DNA of 64,000 nucleotides from Eledone cirrhosa (GCA_964016885.1 OZ024741.1:130448001-130512000); one strand, 5' to 3'; numbered from the stretch's first letter, positions 45,001-57,014 are shown. The notes: a model not told the origin generated them from the sequence alone. Made by a program: numbers and translations.

Positions 45001-48000
45001 TGAACATATAACTTTACACATCATATTTGTCTGTGTAACTAGGGTTGGAAGCAGTGAACATATAACTTTACACATCATATTTGTCTGTGTAACTAGGGTT
45101 GGAAGCACTGAACATATAACTTTACACATCATATTTGTCTATGTAACTAGGGTTGGAAGCAGTGAACATATAACTTTACACATCATATTTGTCTGTGTAA
45201 CTAGGGTTGGAAGCGGTGAACATATAACTTTACACATCATATTTGTCTGTGTAACTAGGGTTGGAAGCGGTGAACATATAACTTTACACATCATATTTGT
45301 CTGTGTAACTAGGGTTGGAAGCAGTGAACATATAACTTTACACATCATATTTGTCTGTGTAACTAGGTTTGGAATCGGTGAACATATAACTTTACACATC
45401 ATATTTGTCTGTGTAACTAGGGTTGGAAGCAGTGAACATACAACTTTACACAACCTATTTGTCTGTGTAACTAGGGTTGGAAACAGTGAACATATAAATT
45501 TACACATCATATTTGTCTGTGTAACTAGGGTTGGAAGCAGGGAACATATAACTTTACACATCATAATTGTCTGTGTAACTAGGGTTGGAAGCAGTGAACA
45601 TATAACTTTACACATCATATTTGTCTGTGTAACTAGGGTTGGAAGCAGTGAACATAGAACTTTACACGTCATATTTGTCTGTGTAACTAGGGTTGGAAGC
45701 AGTGAACATATAACTTTACACATCATATTTGTCTGTGTAACTCGGGTTGGAAGCGGTGAACATATAACTTTACACATCATATTTGTCTGTGTAACTAGGG
45801 TTGGAAGCCGTGAACATATAATTTAACACATCATATTTGTCTGAGTAACTAGGGTTGGAAGCGGTGAACATATTACTTTACACATCATATTTGTCTGTGT
45901 AACAAGGGTTGGAAGAAGTGAACATATAACTTTACAAATCATATTTGTCTGTGTAACAAGGGTTGAAAGCAGTGAACACACAACTATACACATCGTATTT
46001 GTCTGTGTAACTAGGGTTGGAAGCAGTGAACATATAACTTTACACATCATATTTGTCTATGTAACTAGGGTTGGAATTAGTGAACATATAACTTTACACA
46101 TCATATTTGTCTGTGTAACTAAGGTTGGAAGCAGTGAACATATAACTTTACACATCATATTTGTCTGTGTAACTAGGGTTGGAAGCAGTGAACATATAAC
46201 TTTACACATCATATTTGTCTGTGTAACTAGGGTTGGAAGCAGTGAACATATAACTTTACACATCATATTTGTCTGTGTAACTAGGGTTGGAAGCAGTGAA
46301 CATATAACTTTACACATCATATTTGTCTATGTAACTAGGGTTGGAAGCACTGAACATATAACTTTACACATCATATTTGTCTATGTAACTAGGGTTGGAA
46401 GCAGTGAACATATAACTTTACACATCATATTTGTCTGTGTAACTAGGGTTGGAAGCGGTGAACATATAACTTTACACATCATATTTGTCTGTGTAACTAG
46501 GGTTGGAAGCGGTGAACATATAACTTTACACATCATATTTGTCTGTGTAACTAGGGTTGGAAGCAGTGAACATATAACTTTACACATCATATTTGTCTGT
46601 GTAACTAGGTTTGGAATCGGTGAACATATAACTTTACACATCATATTTGTCTGTGTAACTAGGGTTGGAAGCAGTGAACATACAACTTTACACAACCTAT
46701 TTGTCTGTGTAACTAGGGTTGGAAACAGTGAACATATAACTTTACACATCATATTTGTCTGTGTAACTAGGGTTGGAAGCAGGGAACATATAACTTTACA
46801 CATCATAATTGTCTGTGTAACTAGGGTTGGAAGCAGTGAACATATAACTTTACACATCATATTTGTCTGTGTAACTAGGGTTGGAAGCAGTGAACATAGA
46901 CCTTTACACGTCATATTTGTCTGTGTAACTAGGGTTGGAAGCAGTGAACATATAACTTTACACATCATATTTGTCTGTGTAACTAGGATTGGAAGCGCTG
47001 AACATATAACTTTACACATCATATTTGTCTGTGTAACTAGGGTTGGAAGCAGTGAATATATAACTTTACACATCATATTTGTCTGTGTAACTAGGGTTGG
47101 AAGCAGTGAACACATAACTTTACACATCATATTTGTCTGTGTAACTATGATTGGAAGCGGTGAATATATAACTTTACACATCATATTTATCTGTGTAACT
47201 AGGGTTGGAAGCGTTGAACATATAACTTTACACGTCATATTTGTCTGTGTAACTAGGGTTGGAAGCAGTGAACATATAACTTTACACATCATATTTGTCT
47301 GTGTAACTAGGGTTGGAAGCAGTGAACATACAACTTTACACATCATATTCGTCTGTGTAACTAGGGTTGGAAGCAGTGAACATATAACTTTACACATCAT
47401 ATTTGTCTGTGTAACTAGGCTTGGAAGCGGTGAACATATAACTTTACACATCATATTTGTCTGTGTAACTAGGGTTGGAAGCAGTGAACATATAACTTTA
47501 CACATCATATTTGTCTGTGTAACTAGGGTTGGAAGCGGTGAACATATAACTTTACACATCATATTTGTCTGTGTAACTAGGATTGGAAGCGGTGAACATA
47601 TAACTTTACACATCATATTTGTCTGTGTAACTAGGGTTGGAAGCAGTGTACATATAACTTTACTCATCATATTTGTCTGTGTAACTAGGGTTGGAAGCAG
47701 TGAACATATAACTTTACACATCATATTTGTCTGTGTAACTAGGGTTGGAAGCAGTGAACGTATAACTTTACAGATCATATTTGTCTGTGTAACTAGGGTT
47801 GGAAGCGGTGAACATATAACTTTACATATCATATTTGTCTGTGTAACTAGGGTTAGAAGCAGTGAACATATAACTTTACACATCATATTTGTCTGTGTAA
47901 CTAGGGTTGGAAGCAGTGAACATATAACTTTACACATCATATTTGTCTGTGTAACTAGGGTTAGAAGCAGTGAACATATAACTTTACACATCATATTTGT

Positions 48001-51000
48001 CTGTGTAACTCGGGTTGGAAGCAGTGAACATATAACTTTACACATCATATTTGTCTGTGTAACTAGGGTTGGAAGCGCTGAACATATAACTTTACACATC
48101 ATATTTGTCTGTGTAACTAGGGTTGGAAGCGGTGAACATATAACTTTACACATCATATTTGTCTGTGTAACTAGGGTTGGAAGCATTGAACATATAACTT
48201 TACACATCATATTTGTCTGTGTAACTAGGGTTGGAAGCAGTGAACATATTACTTTACACATCATATTTATCTGTGTAACTAGGGTTGGAAGCGTTGAACA
48301 TATAACTTTACACGTCATATTTGTCTGTGTAACTAGGGTTGGAAGCAGTGAACATATAACTTTACACATCATATTTGTCTGTGTAACTAGGGTTGGAAGC
48401 AGTGAACATACAACTTTACACATCATATTCGTCTGTGTAACTAGGGTTGGAAGCAGTGAACATATAACTTTACACATCATATTTGTCTGTGTAACTAGGC
48501 TTGGAAGCGGTGAACATATAGCTTTACACATCATATTTGTCTGTGTAACTAGGGTTGGAAGCAGTGAACATATAACTTTACACATCATATTTGTCTGTGT
48601 AACTAGGGTTGGAAGCGGTGAACATATAACTTTACACATCATATTTGTCTGTGTAACTAGGATTGGAAGCAGTGAACATATAACTTTACACATCATATTT
48701 GTCTGTGTAACTAGGGTTGGAAGCAGTAAACATATAACTTTACACATCATATTTGTCTGTGTAACTAGGGTTGGAAGCGGTGAACATATAACTTTACACA
48801 TCATATTTGTCTGTGTAACTAGGGTTGGAAGCAGTGAACATATAACTTTACACATCTTATTTGTCTGTGTAACTAGGGTTGGAAGCAGTGAACATACAAC
48901 TTTACACATCATATTTGTCTGTGTAACTAGGGTTGGAAGCAGTGAACATATAACTTTACACATCATATTTGTGTGTGTAACTAGGGTTGGAAGCAGTGAA
49001 CAGATAACTTTACACATCATATTTGTCTGTGTAACTAGGGTTGAAAGCGGTGAACATATAACTTTACACATCATATTTGTCTGTCTAACTAGGGTTGGAA
49101 GCAGTGAACATATAACTTTACACATCATATTTGTCTGTGTAACTAGGATTGGAAGCGGTGAATATATAACTTCACACATCATATTTGTCTGTGTAACTAG
49201 GGTTGGAAGCAGTGAACATATAACTTTACACATCATATTTGTCTGTGTAACTAGGGTTGGAAGCAGTGAACATATAACCTTACACATCATATTTGTCTGT
49301 GTAACTAGGGTTGGAAGCGGTGAACATATAACTTTACACATCATATTTGTCTGTGTAACTAGGGTTGGAAGCAGTGAACATATAACTTTACACATCATAT
49401 TTGTCTGTGTAACTAGGGTTGGAAGCGGTGAACATATAACTTTACACATCATATTTGTCTGTGTAACTAGGGTTGGAAGCCGTGAACATATAACTTCACA
49501 CATCATATTTGTCTGTGTAACTAGGGTTGGAAGCAGTGAAAATATAACTTTACACATCATATTTGTCTGTGTAAGTAGGGTTGGAAGCAGTGAACATATA
49601 ACTTTACACATCATATTTGTCTGTGTAACTAGGGTTGGAAGCAGTGAACATATAACTTTACACATCATATTTGTCTGTGTAACTAGGGTTGGAAGCGGTG
49701 AACATATAACTTTACACATCATATTTGTCTGTGTAACTAGGGTTGGAAGCGGTGAACATATAACTTTACACATCATATTTGTCTGTCTAACTAGGGTTGG
49801 AAGCAGTGAACATATAACTTTACACATCATATTTGTCTGTGTAACTAGGATTGGAAGCGGTGAATATATAACTTCACACATCATATTTGTCTGTGTAACT
49901 AGGATTGGAAGCAGTGAACATATAACTTTACACATCATATTTGTCTGTGTAACTAGGGTTGGAAGCAGTGAACATATAACTTTACACATCATATTTGTCT
50001 GTGTAACTAGGGTTGGAAGCGGTGAACATATAACTTTACACATCATATTTGTCTGTGTACCTAGGGTTGGAAGCAGTGAACATATAACTTTACACATCAT
50101 ATTTGTCTGTATAACTAGGGTTGGAAGCGGTGAACATATAACTTTACACATCATATTTGTCTGTGTAACTAGGGTTGGAAGCGGTGAACATATAACTTTA
50201 CACATCATATTTGTCTGTGTAACTAGGGTTGGAAGCGGTGAACATATAACTTTACACATCATATTTGTCTGTGTAACTAGGATTGGAAGCAGTGAACATA
50301 TAACTTTACACATCATATTTGTCTGTGTAACTAGGGTTGGAAGCGGTGAACATATAACTTTACACATCATATTTGTCTGTGTAACTAGGGTTGGAAGCAG
50401 TGAACATATAACTTTACACATCATATTTGTCTGTGTAACTAGGATTGGAAGCGGTGATTATATAACTTCACATATCATATTTGTCTGTGTAACTAGGGTT
50501 GGAAGCAGTGAACATATAACTTTACACATCATATTTGTCTGTGTAACTAGGGTTGGAAGCAGTGAACATATAACTTTACACATCATATTTTTCTGTGTAA
50601 CTAGGGTTGGAAGCAGTGAACATATAACTTTACACATCATATTTGTCTGTGTAACTAGGGTTGGAAGCAGTGAACATATAACTTTACACATCATATTTGT
50701 CTGTGTAACTAGGGTTGGAAGCAGTGAACATATAACTTTACACATCATATTTGTCTGTGTAACTAGGGTTGGAAGCAGTGAACATATAACTTTACACATC
50801 ATATTTTTCTGTGTAACTAGGATTGGAAGCGGTGAATATACAACTTCACACATCATATTTGTCTGTGTAACTAGGGTTGGAAGCAGTGAACATATAACTT
50901 TACACATCATATTTGTCTGTGTAACTAGGGTTGGAAGCAGTGAACATATAACTTTACACATCATATTTGTCTGTGTAACTAGGATTGGAAGCGGTGACTA

Positions 51001-51116
51001 TATAACTTCACACATCATATTTGTCTGTGTAACTAGGGTTGGAAGCAGTGAACATATAACTTTACACATCATATTTGTCTGTGTAACTAGGGTTGGAAGC
51101 AGTGAACATATAACTT
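1..51116. repeat. 54-bp tandem satellite array, about 946 monomers plus a terminal partial; continues past the left window edge
   Basis: Consensus TAGGGTTGGAAGC(A/G)GTGAACATATAACTTTACACATCATATTTGTCTGTGTAAC repeats head-to-tail from base 1. The last monomer starts at 51088 and is truncated after ...ATATAACTT at 51116. Monomers mostly differ by 0-4 substitutions. Only 13 small indels were seen (nine +1, three -1, one -3). Confidence 0.99.
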
Positions 51117-51459
51117 AATCAATTTTAAAAGTATTATTAATTTTCGGTGATCCCATTATAATGAATATATCGGTTGTAAGTTCAACCACTGTACATTTAA
51201 AAACTGATAGGTAATCCACAAATATATCGGTTGCTGATCAACCACATTATTGAAAACATTACAAGCTGACTGCCATCTTTTCCCTTTGAAATAGATTCAT
51301 AAATTATTTCAGTTGCTTTAACAAAATTATATACCAGTCACTTAGTGCTAATATAATAGATTATACTACGAATGTCTACCTAAGTGATATGTCACACCTC
51401 GATTCAATTTTTACTCCAAAATAATAATCTCCGATAATTAAATGTTTATTTAAACTCTA

Positions 51460-51792
51460 TAACAGGCTAATTTTATTGAGTCAAATACGGCGTAAGCACA
51501 TGTTACTACCTAACTTTCAAATTCGCTAGCTCCTTCTAAACAAAGCTTGCTTGTGTCTCCCTATTTATGTATGCACCTGCTATGATTATATAATTTCTAA
51601 TTGAATGGATGGAAGTATGGGTGGCGTGTTGGTTTAATGGTCACACATTGGTCCAGCAAATCATAGATGTAGGTTCGTGTCAATGCTTATCCTTTTTTTT
51701 TCCACTCAGAGGGTCTTTTTAAATCGCAACTAACAGATTAATTTTATTTTGGCAAATACGGCGTAAGCACATGTTACTATCTAATTTTTAAA
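51460..51792 (+). repeat. Pair of about 62-bp direct repeats (51460-51521 and 51731-51792)
   Basis: TAACAG..TAATTTTATT...CAAATACGGCGTAAGCACATGTTACTA(C/T)CTAA occurs twice, 271 bp apart; the 27-bp core CAAATACGGCGTAAGCACATGTTACTA is identical. Confidence 0.85.
51621..51686 (+). mobile_element. Degenerate tRNA-derived SINE head
   Basis: A-box-like TGGTTTAATGG and B-box-like GGTTCGTGTC at tRNA-like spacing; no intact cloverleaf. Confidence 0.35.
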
Positions 51793-51875
51793 CCCAATAT
51801 ATTTAAAACTTATTTCCTCCCATTCTGCATCGTTATATAACGTCATTCTTTTATCATGGTCGCTGATGCTGTATC

Positions 51876-51948
51876 GATTAAGGGGTTCACTTCACAATCA
51901 TGAGGTTGCGGGTTTAGTTTCACTGTGTGGCATCTTGGCAAATGTCTT
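51876..51948 (+). mobile_element. Degenerate SINE fragment (tRNA head plus start of central domain)
   Basis: ...CACAATCATGAGGTTGCGGGTTTAGTTTCACTGTGTGGCATCTTGGCAAATGTCTT resembles, from memory, the octopus SINE segment GGGTTCAGTCCCACTGCGTGGCACCTTGGGCAAGTGTCTT. Confidence 0.5.
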
Positions 51949-51951
51949 TAT

Positions 51952-52451
<500 letters not shown>

Positions 52452-53005
52452 ACATACTCACACCACACGCAAGCAAAACACAACCCTGCGCCTGAATTCA
52501 CCTGCTGTTTCTTGCACCTACTTACTTCCATTTGGCATACAATTCCCAAATCTCCCACGAGCCCTCTACTAACTATCATCTCAACACAACCACGAAGAAA
52601 GCAAAAATATTTTTGCAAGTTCGAAAATGTCCAGTTGAAGAATATGTATCAAGAAACAAAAGTGATTTTCAGAATTGAAGAATTCAAAATTACCCCAACC
52701 ATGCTCATGTTGAGGAGAATGACATTAAAGTCAAAGGTCCTTCTTCACATTACCTATGTATTTCAATTAATTAAGATGTTATTACTTTGTGTTAGCCTGC
52801 ACATGACTATGTTATTCCAGCAGAAGGTCTCACTGAACACGTTTCTGATGTCTTTATTCCCAAACACAATAAACAAACCACACGTACAACATAAAGAAAT
52901 CTCAGCCTCAAACAATTAAATATGTTCATAAAAGTAAAGGAAACAGAAAACTGACAGAAATATTTAACCACAAAACAGACAGCATTATATTATATGGTGG
53001 CGGTA

Positions 53006-53201
53006 GGTGGATTGGCAGTATCTGTAGAGGGTCGGACGCCATGCTTTGACGCATAGAGTTACGGCCTTTGCCATTCTGAGTTCAAATCCCGCCGAGGTTA
53101 ACTTTGCCTTTCATCCTTACGGGGTCGATAAAATAAAGTACCAGTAATGCACTGGGATAATTGGTGGCCTTGTTCCAAAAGTAGAAATAATTATATTATA
53201 T
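53006..53201 (+). mobile_element. tRNA-derived SINE, copy 1 of tandem trimer
   Basis: A-box-like TGGCAGTATCTGT, B-box GAGTTCAAATCCC, conserved central block CTTTGCCTTTCATCCTTACGGGGTCGATAAAATAAAGTACCAG, ends in GGCCTTGTTCCAAAAGTAGAAA plus an ATTATATTATAT tail. Confidence 0.85.
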
Positions 53202-53227
53202 GGTGGACTGGCAGCATTATATTATAC

Positions 53228-53416
53228 GGTGAATTGGCAGTATCGGTAGAGTGTCGGACACCATGCTTTCCAGCATAGTTACACCTCTTTACGGACTGAG
53301 TTCAAATCCCGTTGAGGTTAATTTTGCCTTTCATAAGGGGTCGATAAAATAAAGTACCAGTAATGTACTGAGTAATTGCTGGCCTTGTGCCAAAAGTAGA
53401 AACAATTATATTATAT
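53228..53416 (+). mobile_element. tRNA-derived SINE, copy 2 of tandem trimer
   Basis: Same layout: TGGCAGTATCGGT, GAGTTCAAATCCC, TTTGCCTTTCAT..GGGGTCGATAAAATAAAGTACCAG (small deletion), ATTATATTATAT tail. Confidence 0.85.
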
Positions 53417-53613
53417 GGTGGACTGGCAGTATCGGTAGAGGATCTGACGCCATGCTTTATAGCAAAAAGTTACGGCCCTTTATGGTCTGAGTTCAAATCC
53501 CGCCGAGGTTAACTTTGCCTTTCATCCTTACGGGGGTCGATAAAAGAAAGTACCAGTAATGCATTGGGATAATTGCTGGCCTTGTGCCAAAAGTAGAAAC
53601 AATTATATTATAT
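53417..53613 (+). mobile_element. tRNA-derived SINE, copy 3 of tandem trimer
   Basis: Same layout as copies 1 and 2, ending AAAGTAGAAACAATTATATTATAT. Confidence 0.85.
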
Positions 53614-53933
53614 AGAGCAATTAGTAACATAAGCAATAATTTACATTCCATGGCACTATAATATTCTTGTACCTCCGTCTGTTCTTACAACAGAACAATA
53701 CACTTTTGATATTAACATGCATATGGCTGTGCATTCATTCTACAAAAATATGCATACTTCACGTAGTTGCCAAGAAGATTCAGCGTGGCATGACGATACC
53801 CAAGACGATAAATTCGACCCTATTCTTTTCATGAGAAAACAATAAGGAAATCTATTTAACATAGTGGAGAAATAAGGTATTATGAAGGGAGATTTTCAAA
53901 CAATTTGTCCTGATAAACTTTGGTGTATCTAAG

Positions 53934-53990
53934 AAATTGCCTTTCATCCACTTGAGGTCGATAAAAAAAGTACCAGTCTAGTGCTGGGGC
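53934..53990 (+). mobile_element. SINE central-domain fragment (older copy of the same family)
   Basis: AATTGCCTTTCATCCACTTGAGGTCGATAAAAAAAGTACCAGT matches the central block of the three upstream copies. Confidence 0.7.
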
Positions 53991-54189
53991 CAATTCTTCC
54001 TCTATATCTCTTTCTCATGTTCATCCTCTCACTCTTTCTATCCTTCTCTAGACGAAATCTGCTGTATTCAGACCTGGAGAGACGATGGGCATAAAAAACG
54101 TCCCAGAAATGCCGTATGTCAATAAGCCGCCTCATGAGTTACGGGTCAATGCATATCTAAGAAAGAGTGAGAGAGTAGAGGTATGAGTT

Positions 54190-54800
54190 CCTCATCGCTC
54201 CTATAAAACATCCCCCACCATTGAAACAATCCCGACCTTTCCTACAAAACAGCACGTCAAATGATAAAACACCCAACACTCCTATAAAACAACACCTTAC
54301 CAATGATACAGCCCTCACCATTCAACCACACTTTCATCAACGATACAACCTTTACTTTCCCACAAAACAACCCACACAAATGATACAACCCTCACCTTTC
54401 CCACAAAACAGCCCCCACCAAAGAGACGAACCTCACCTTTCCTACAAAACAGCACATCCAACGACACAACCCTCATCACTCCCCCAGAAGAAACCCCACC
54501 AACAAGACAAACTTCACCTATACTACAATGGAATCTCCCATACTAGAGTGGAGACCTTCATTCAAATAAAATAGCCCCAGCCCCAAAGAGATGACCTTCA
54601 CCACTCCTACAGGACAACGGCCCTCAGTGTAACGGCCTTCAATACTTCTATATACCAGCATGACAACCTTCGCCTATGCTACAGTTGAGCGCCTCCACGC
54701 CACACCAGATAGAAAATCCTCAGCCCTCCTACTAAATATCCCCAAACAAAGCGAGATAACCCTCACTATTCCTACAGAGCAGCAAACTTAAAAAGATGAC
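54190..54800. repeat. Diverged minisatellite, about 41-bp unit, about 14 copies, strongly A/C-skewed
   Basis: Recurrent CCCTCACCTTTCCTACAAAACAGCCCCACCAAATGATACAA-like units, best conserved at 54350-54480 and decaying outward. Confidence 0.8.
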
Positions 54801-54984
54801 TTTTTACTTCTGACTTCAGTTTCTATCACAATCTAAGATAATTATCACCCAAACATAACTTCAGCCATACCAAGGTGGCCATGTTTGTGGTCATTATCAG
54901 CGGGTTTTCTGCCCTCCCCCCCCCAAAAAAAAAATTCTATTTGCATAAATATTTCACCTAATAAACAGAAAATGAAATAAAAAT

Positions 54985-55345
54985 TAGCCCGGACTGACTC
55001 TACACCACTGTGTAGGCGGAATACGTCAGCAGCGCCTCGTGGACATGATAGCAAAATCATTGCCTTGGAGATCAGCCAGACATCCGCTCCCACCACCATC
55101 CGGGGGCTTTTTCCTCGGGCGGTAATCACTCCTCCCGATTCTGTGGACGAATACGGTAGTCAGAGAACCGAGGAGACAGGAACATTCGACGGCGATGTAC
55201 ACGAAAATCAACCGGTTGGTCAAGTACAAGTATTTGGATATATTTCGCTCCTTTTCTTCTTGGGTGGTAGTGCAGGATTTATCGGGGATCAGAAGGGATG
55301 AATGCCCTTGAACCCCCTCAATAAAGAGAGCCACCTCTCTCCGAA
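54985..55345. other. GC/CpG-rich unique segment; candidate exon or regulatory element, strand unresolved
   Basis: Markedly higher GC and CpG density than the flanks. Open frames on both strands (+ about 54981-55301; - 55026-55334 and 54845-55129). No protein family recognised. Confidence 0.35.
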
Positions 55346-55422
55346 CACGGCCCCTTCTTTTTCCATCTCTCTCCCCCTCTTTCTCCCCTCTCTCTCTCTT
55401 TTTATCTCTCTTCCTACTTATA

Positions 55423-56218
55423 TCTGTATATATATAAAATTAAGTATGTGTGTCTGTGTGTCTGTGTATTACCTATAGGGGCCTACATCTTACGACCGAT
55501 TTTCATGAAAATTTACAGGCTCATAGAGTCATCGGGGAGTTTTTTGTATATATCAGCGTATCGTTTTTTTTATTTCGGGGTCATTCTGCAGATAAAAATC
55601 GATAGGGGGGTCACCTTTTTTTAGGTATCGAAAAATAAGATTTTGGGCTCTAGCTCCAAGATTTAGCCACCGATTTCGTTCAAATTTTAAAGCAAAATAG
55701 AATTTATCATTGCATATCCTGTACTGGCTTTATATTTTGCATTTGTTCTTCAGGGACGGCGTGGCAGCCGCTTAAATATTCAAAAATATCACTTTTAGAC
55801 TCAAATTTTTCAGATCTAGCTCCCACATTAATCAACCTACTTTGTTCAAATTTTACACTACGCTAGATCTGATTATTTCACGTCTTAAAATGGCTTTACA
55901 TTTTGGATATTTTGTTCAGGAACAGCGTGGCACCCACTTAAATATTCGAAAATACCACCTTTTCGCTCAAATTTCCGCCTTTTCGGCTCTTGCTCCCACA
56001 TTTTTCAACCGATTTATTCAAATTCGAAACTCCCTCCCCCAGCATGCCCCTTCGTCAGTCACCCACATTTCTCAGTGATAGAGGTCATCACGACCCTCTC
56101 CCGCATGGCCTGTGTGTGGCCATAGATGAGTCATCGAGAAGCATTCGCTAAGATCAACACCTTTTCACCAAAGCAAATATTGTTTTACCTACCCAGGCAA
56201 CGCTGGGTACTGCTGCTA

Positions 56219-56219
<1 letters not shown>
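55423..56219 (+). mobile_element. Non-autonomous Helitron (about 797 bp) with internal tandem repeats
   Basis: 5' A|TCTGTATATATATAAAA; 3' GC-rich hairpin ACCCAGGCAACGCTGGGT (56191-56208) followed by CTAG|T (56216-56220). Inserted between A and T with no TSD. Internal diverged repeats of about 167 bp at 55645-56025. Confidence 0.85.
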
Positions 56220-56302
<83 letters not shown>

Positions 56303-56387
56303 CTCTACGGTTACTATATATTTGATATATATTTATCCTTATCGAGCCCTCTTTGGATTTTAGTCTTCAAATTTATTATTATTATTA

Positions 56388-56470
<83 letters not shown>
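56220..56470. repeat. Two (AT)n tracts (56220-56301, 56390-56470)
   Basis: Directly visible. Confidence 0.95.
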
Positions 56471-56472
<2 letters not shown>

Positions 56473-57009
56473 TTATTCCGGGTTAAATCGGAGGTAACCA
56501 CAGTAAGTAAAGTACTCAGTACGTAGCAGAGTCTAAAAGTTTTAATATAGAAGAGCTTCTACAGGTCTAGAACTGTTTCATTCGTGAGAAATCATCAGGA
56601 AGCTGGCTGTCCAAGTAAATGGTAGTATTTATGTGTTTCCTTATCTGGTGGTAGGAGAGGGTGGGGATTGGGATGGGCGTAGGTCATTGGTTGAAGGATT
56701 TAAAGAAAGGGGATTCATTAAAATCTAATTCTTTAAAGCTATAATATTAACAAAGGCAGAAAGAATACTGTAAACAAGTTCAAAATTGGAATACCAATCC
56801 TTGTTTATAACTTAAAGTAAGAATGCCTGTAAGACAGGTGTCTACAGGATGGGTTGGGTTCAATGGTTTAAAAAAGAAGTGAAATTCTTTAGAAGCTAAT
56901 TCTTTAAGGCTAAAATGAGGGTGACAAAGGCAGAAAAGGTTCTATGAACAGATTCAAGTGTTGGCGTGAACCTCCTATAGTGAAGTTTCTCTTAATATAT
57001 ATTCAAGGT
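56471..57009 (-). mobile_element. Hammerhead-bearing Penelope-like pLTR or retrozyme-like unit, family A, left copy
   Basis: 56538-57009 is the reverse complement of 58660-59131 (about 8 mismatches by eye). It carries a hammerhead motif followed by ATTAAA and probably extends about 67 nt further 3' to an (AT)n tract. No long ORF. Confidence 0.7.
56554..56604 (-). ncRNA. Minimal type I hammerhead ribozyme (family A, left copy)
   Basis: Minus strand: AGCTTC CTGATGA T TTC TCAC GAA T GAAA CAG TTCTAGAC CTG TA GAAGCT. Stem I is AGCTTC/GAAGCT (6 WC pairs); core CUGAUGA and GAAA; stem III CAG/CTG; cleavage triplet GUA. Confidence 0.85.
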
Positions 57010-57014
57010 GTCGA

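Noticed and set aside
1-51116. Third minus frame SYMFTASNPSYTDKYDV* as a repeated micro-peptide or micro-exon array (CCCTAG acceptor-like, GTAAAG donor-like)
   Set aside because: A few common variants are synonymous in this frame but many are not, each unit has a stop, and the implied introns would be too short to splice.
1-51116. CRISPR array
   Set aside because: No unique spacers; contiguous near-identical monomers; eukaryotic context with no cas genes.
478-51118. Long ORFs of repeated MMCKVICSLLPTLVTQTN (minus) and HIIFVCVTRVGSSEHITL (plus), up to 1347 aa
   Set aside because: The monomer length is a multiple of 3 and two frames happen to lack stops. Nonsense variants (CAG to TAG, TAA) and frameshifts are freely propagated, and the commonest variant is non-synonymous in both frames. 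There is no unique N- or C-terminal domain.
52512-52919. 135-aa ORF
   Set aside because: Non-ATG start, AT-rich, no recognisable domain or splice context.
53006-53613. Functional tRNA genes
   Set aside because: A and B boxes are present but there is no cloverleaf, and each head continues into a SINE body.
54221-54574. 117-aa P/Q/T/H-rich ORF
   Set aside because: Product of the A/C-skewed 41-bp minisatellite, whose unit length is not a multiple of three.
54984-55046. Selenoprotein-like Cys-UGA read-through (MSTRRC-U-RIPPTQWCRVSPG) on the minus strand
   Set aside because: No recognisable selenoprotein family or SECIS element; a Cys before a stop is common by chance.
55085-55125. PPDGG motif suggesting an SLC16 monocarboxylate transporter N-terminus
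   Set aside because: The diagnostic WGW and following transmembrane helix are absent (PPDGGGSGC), and the frame stops soon after.
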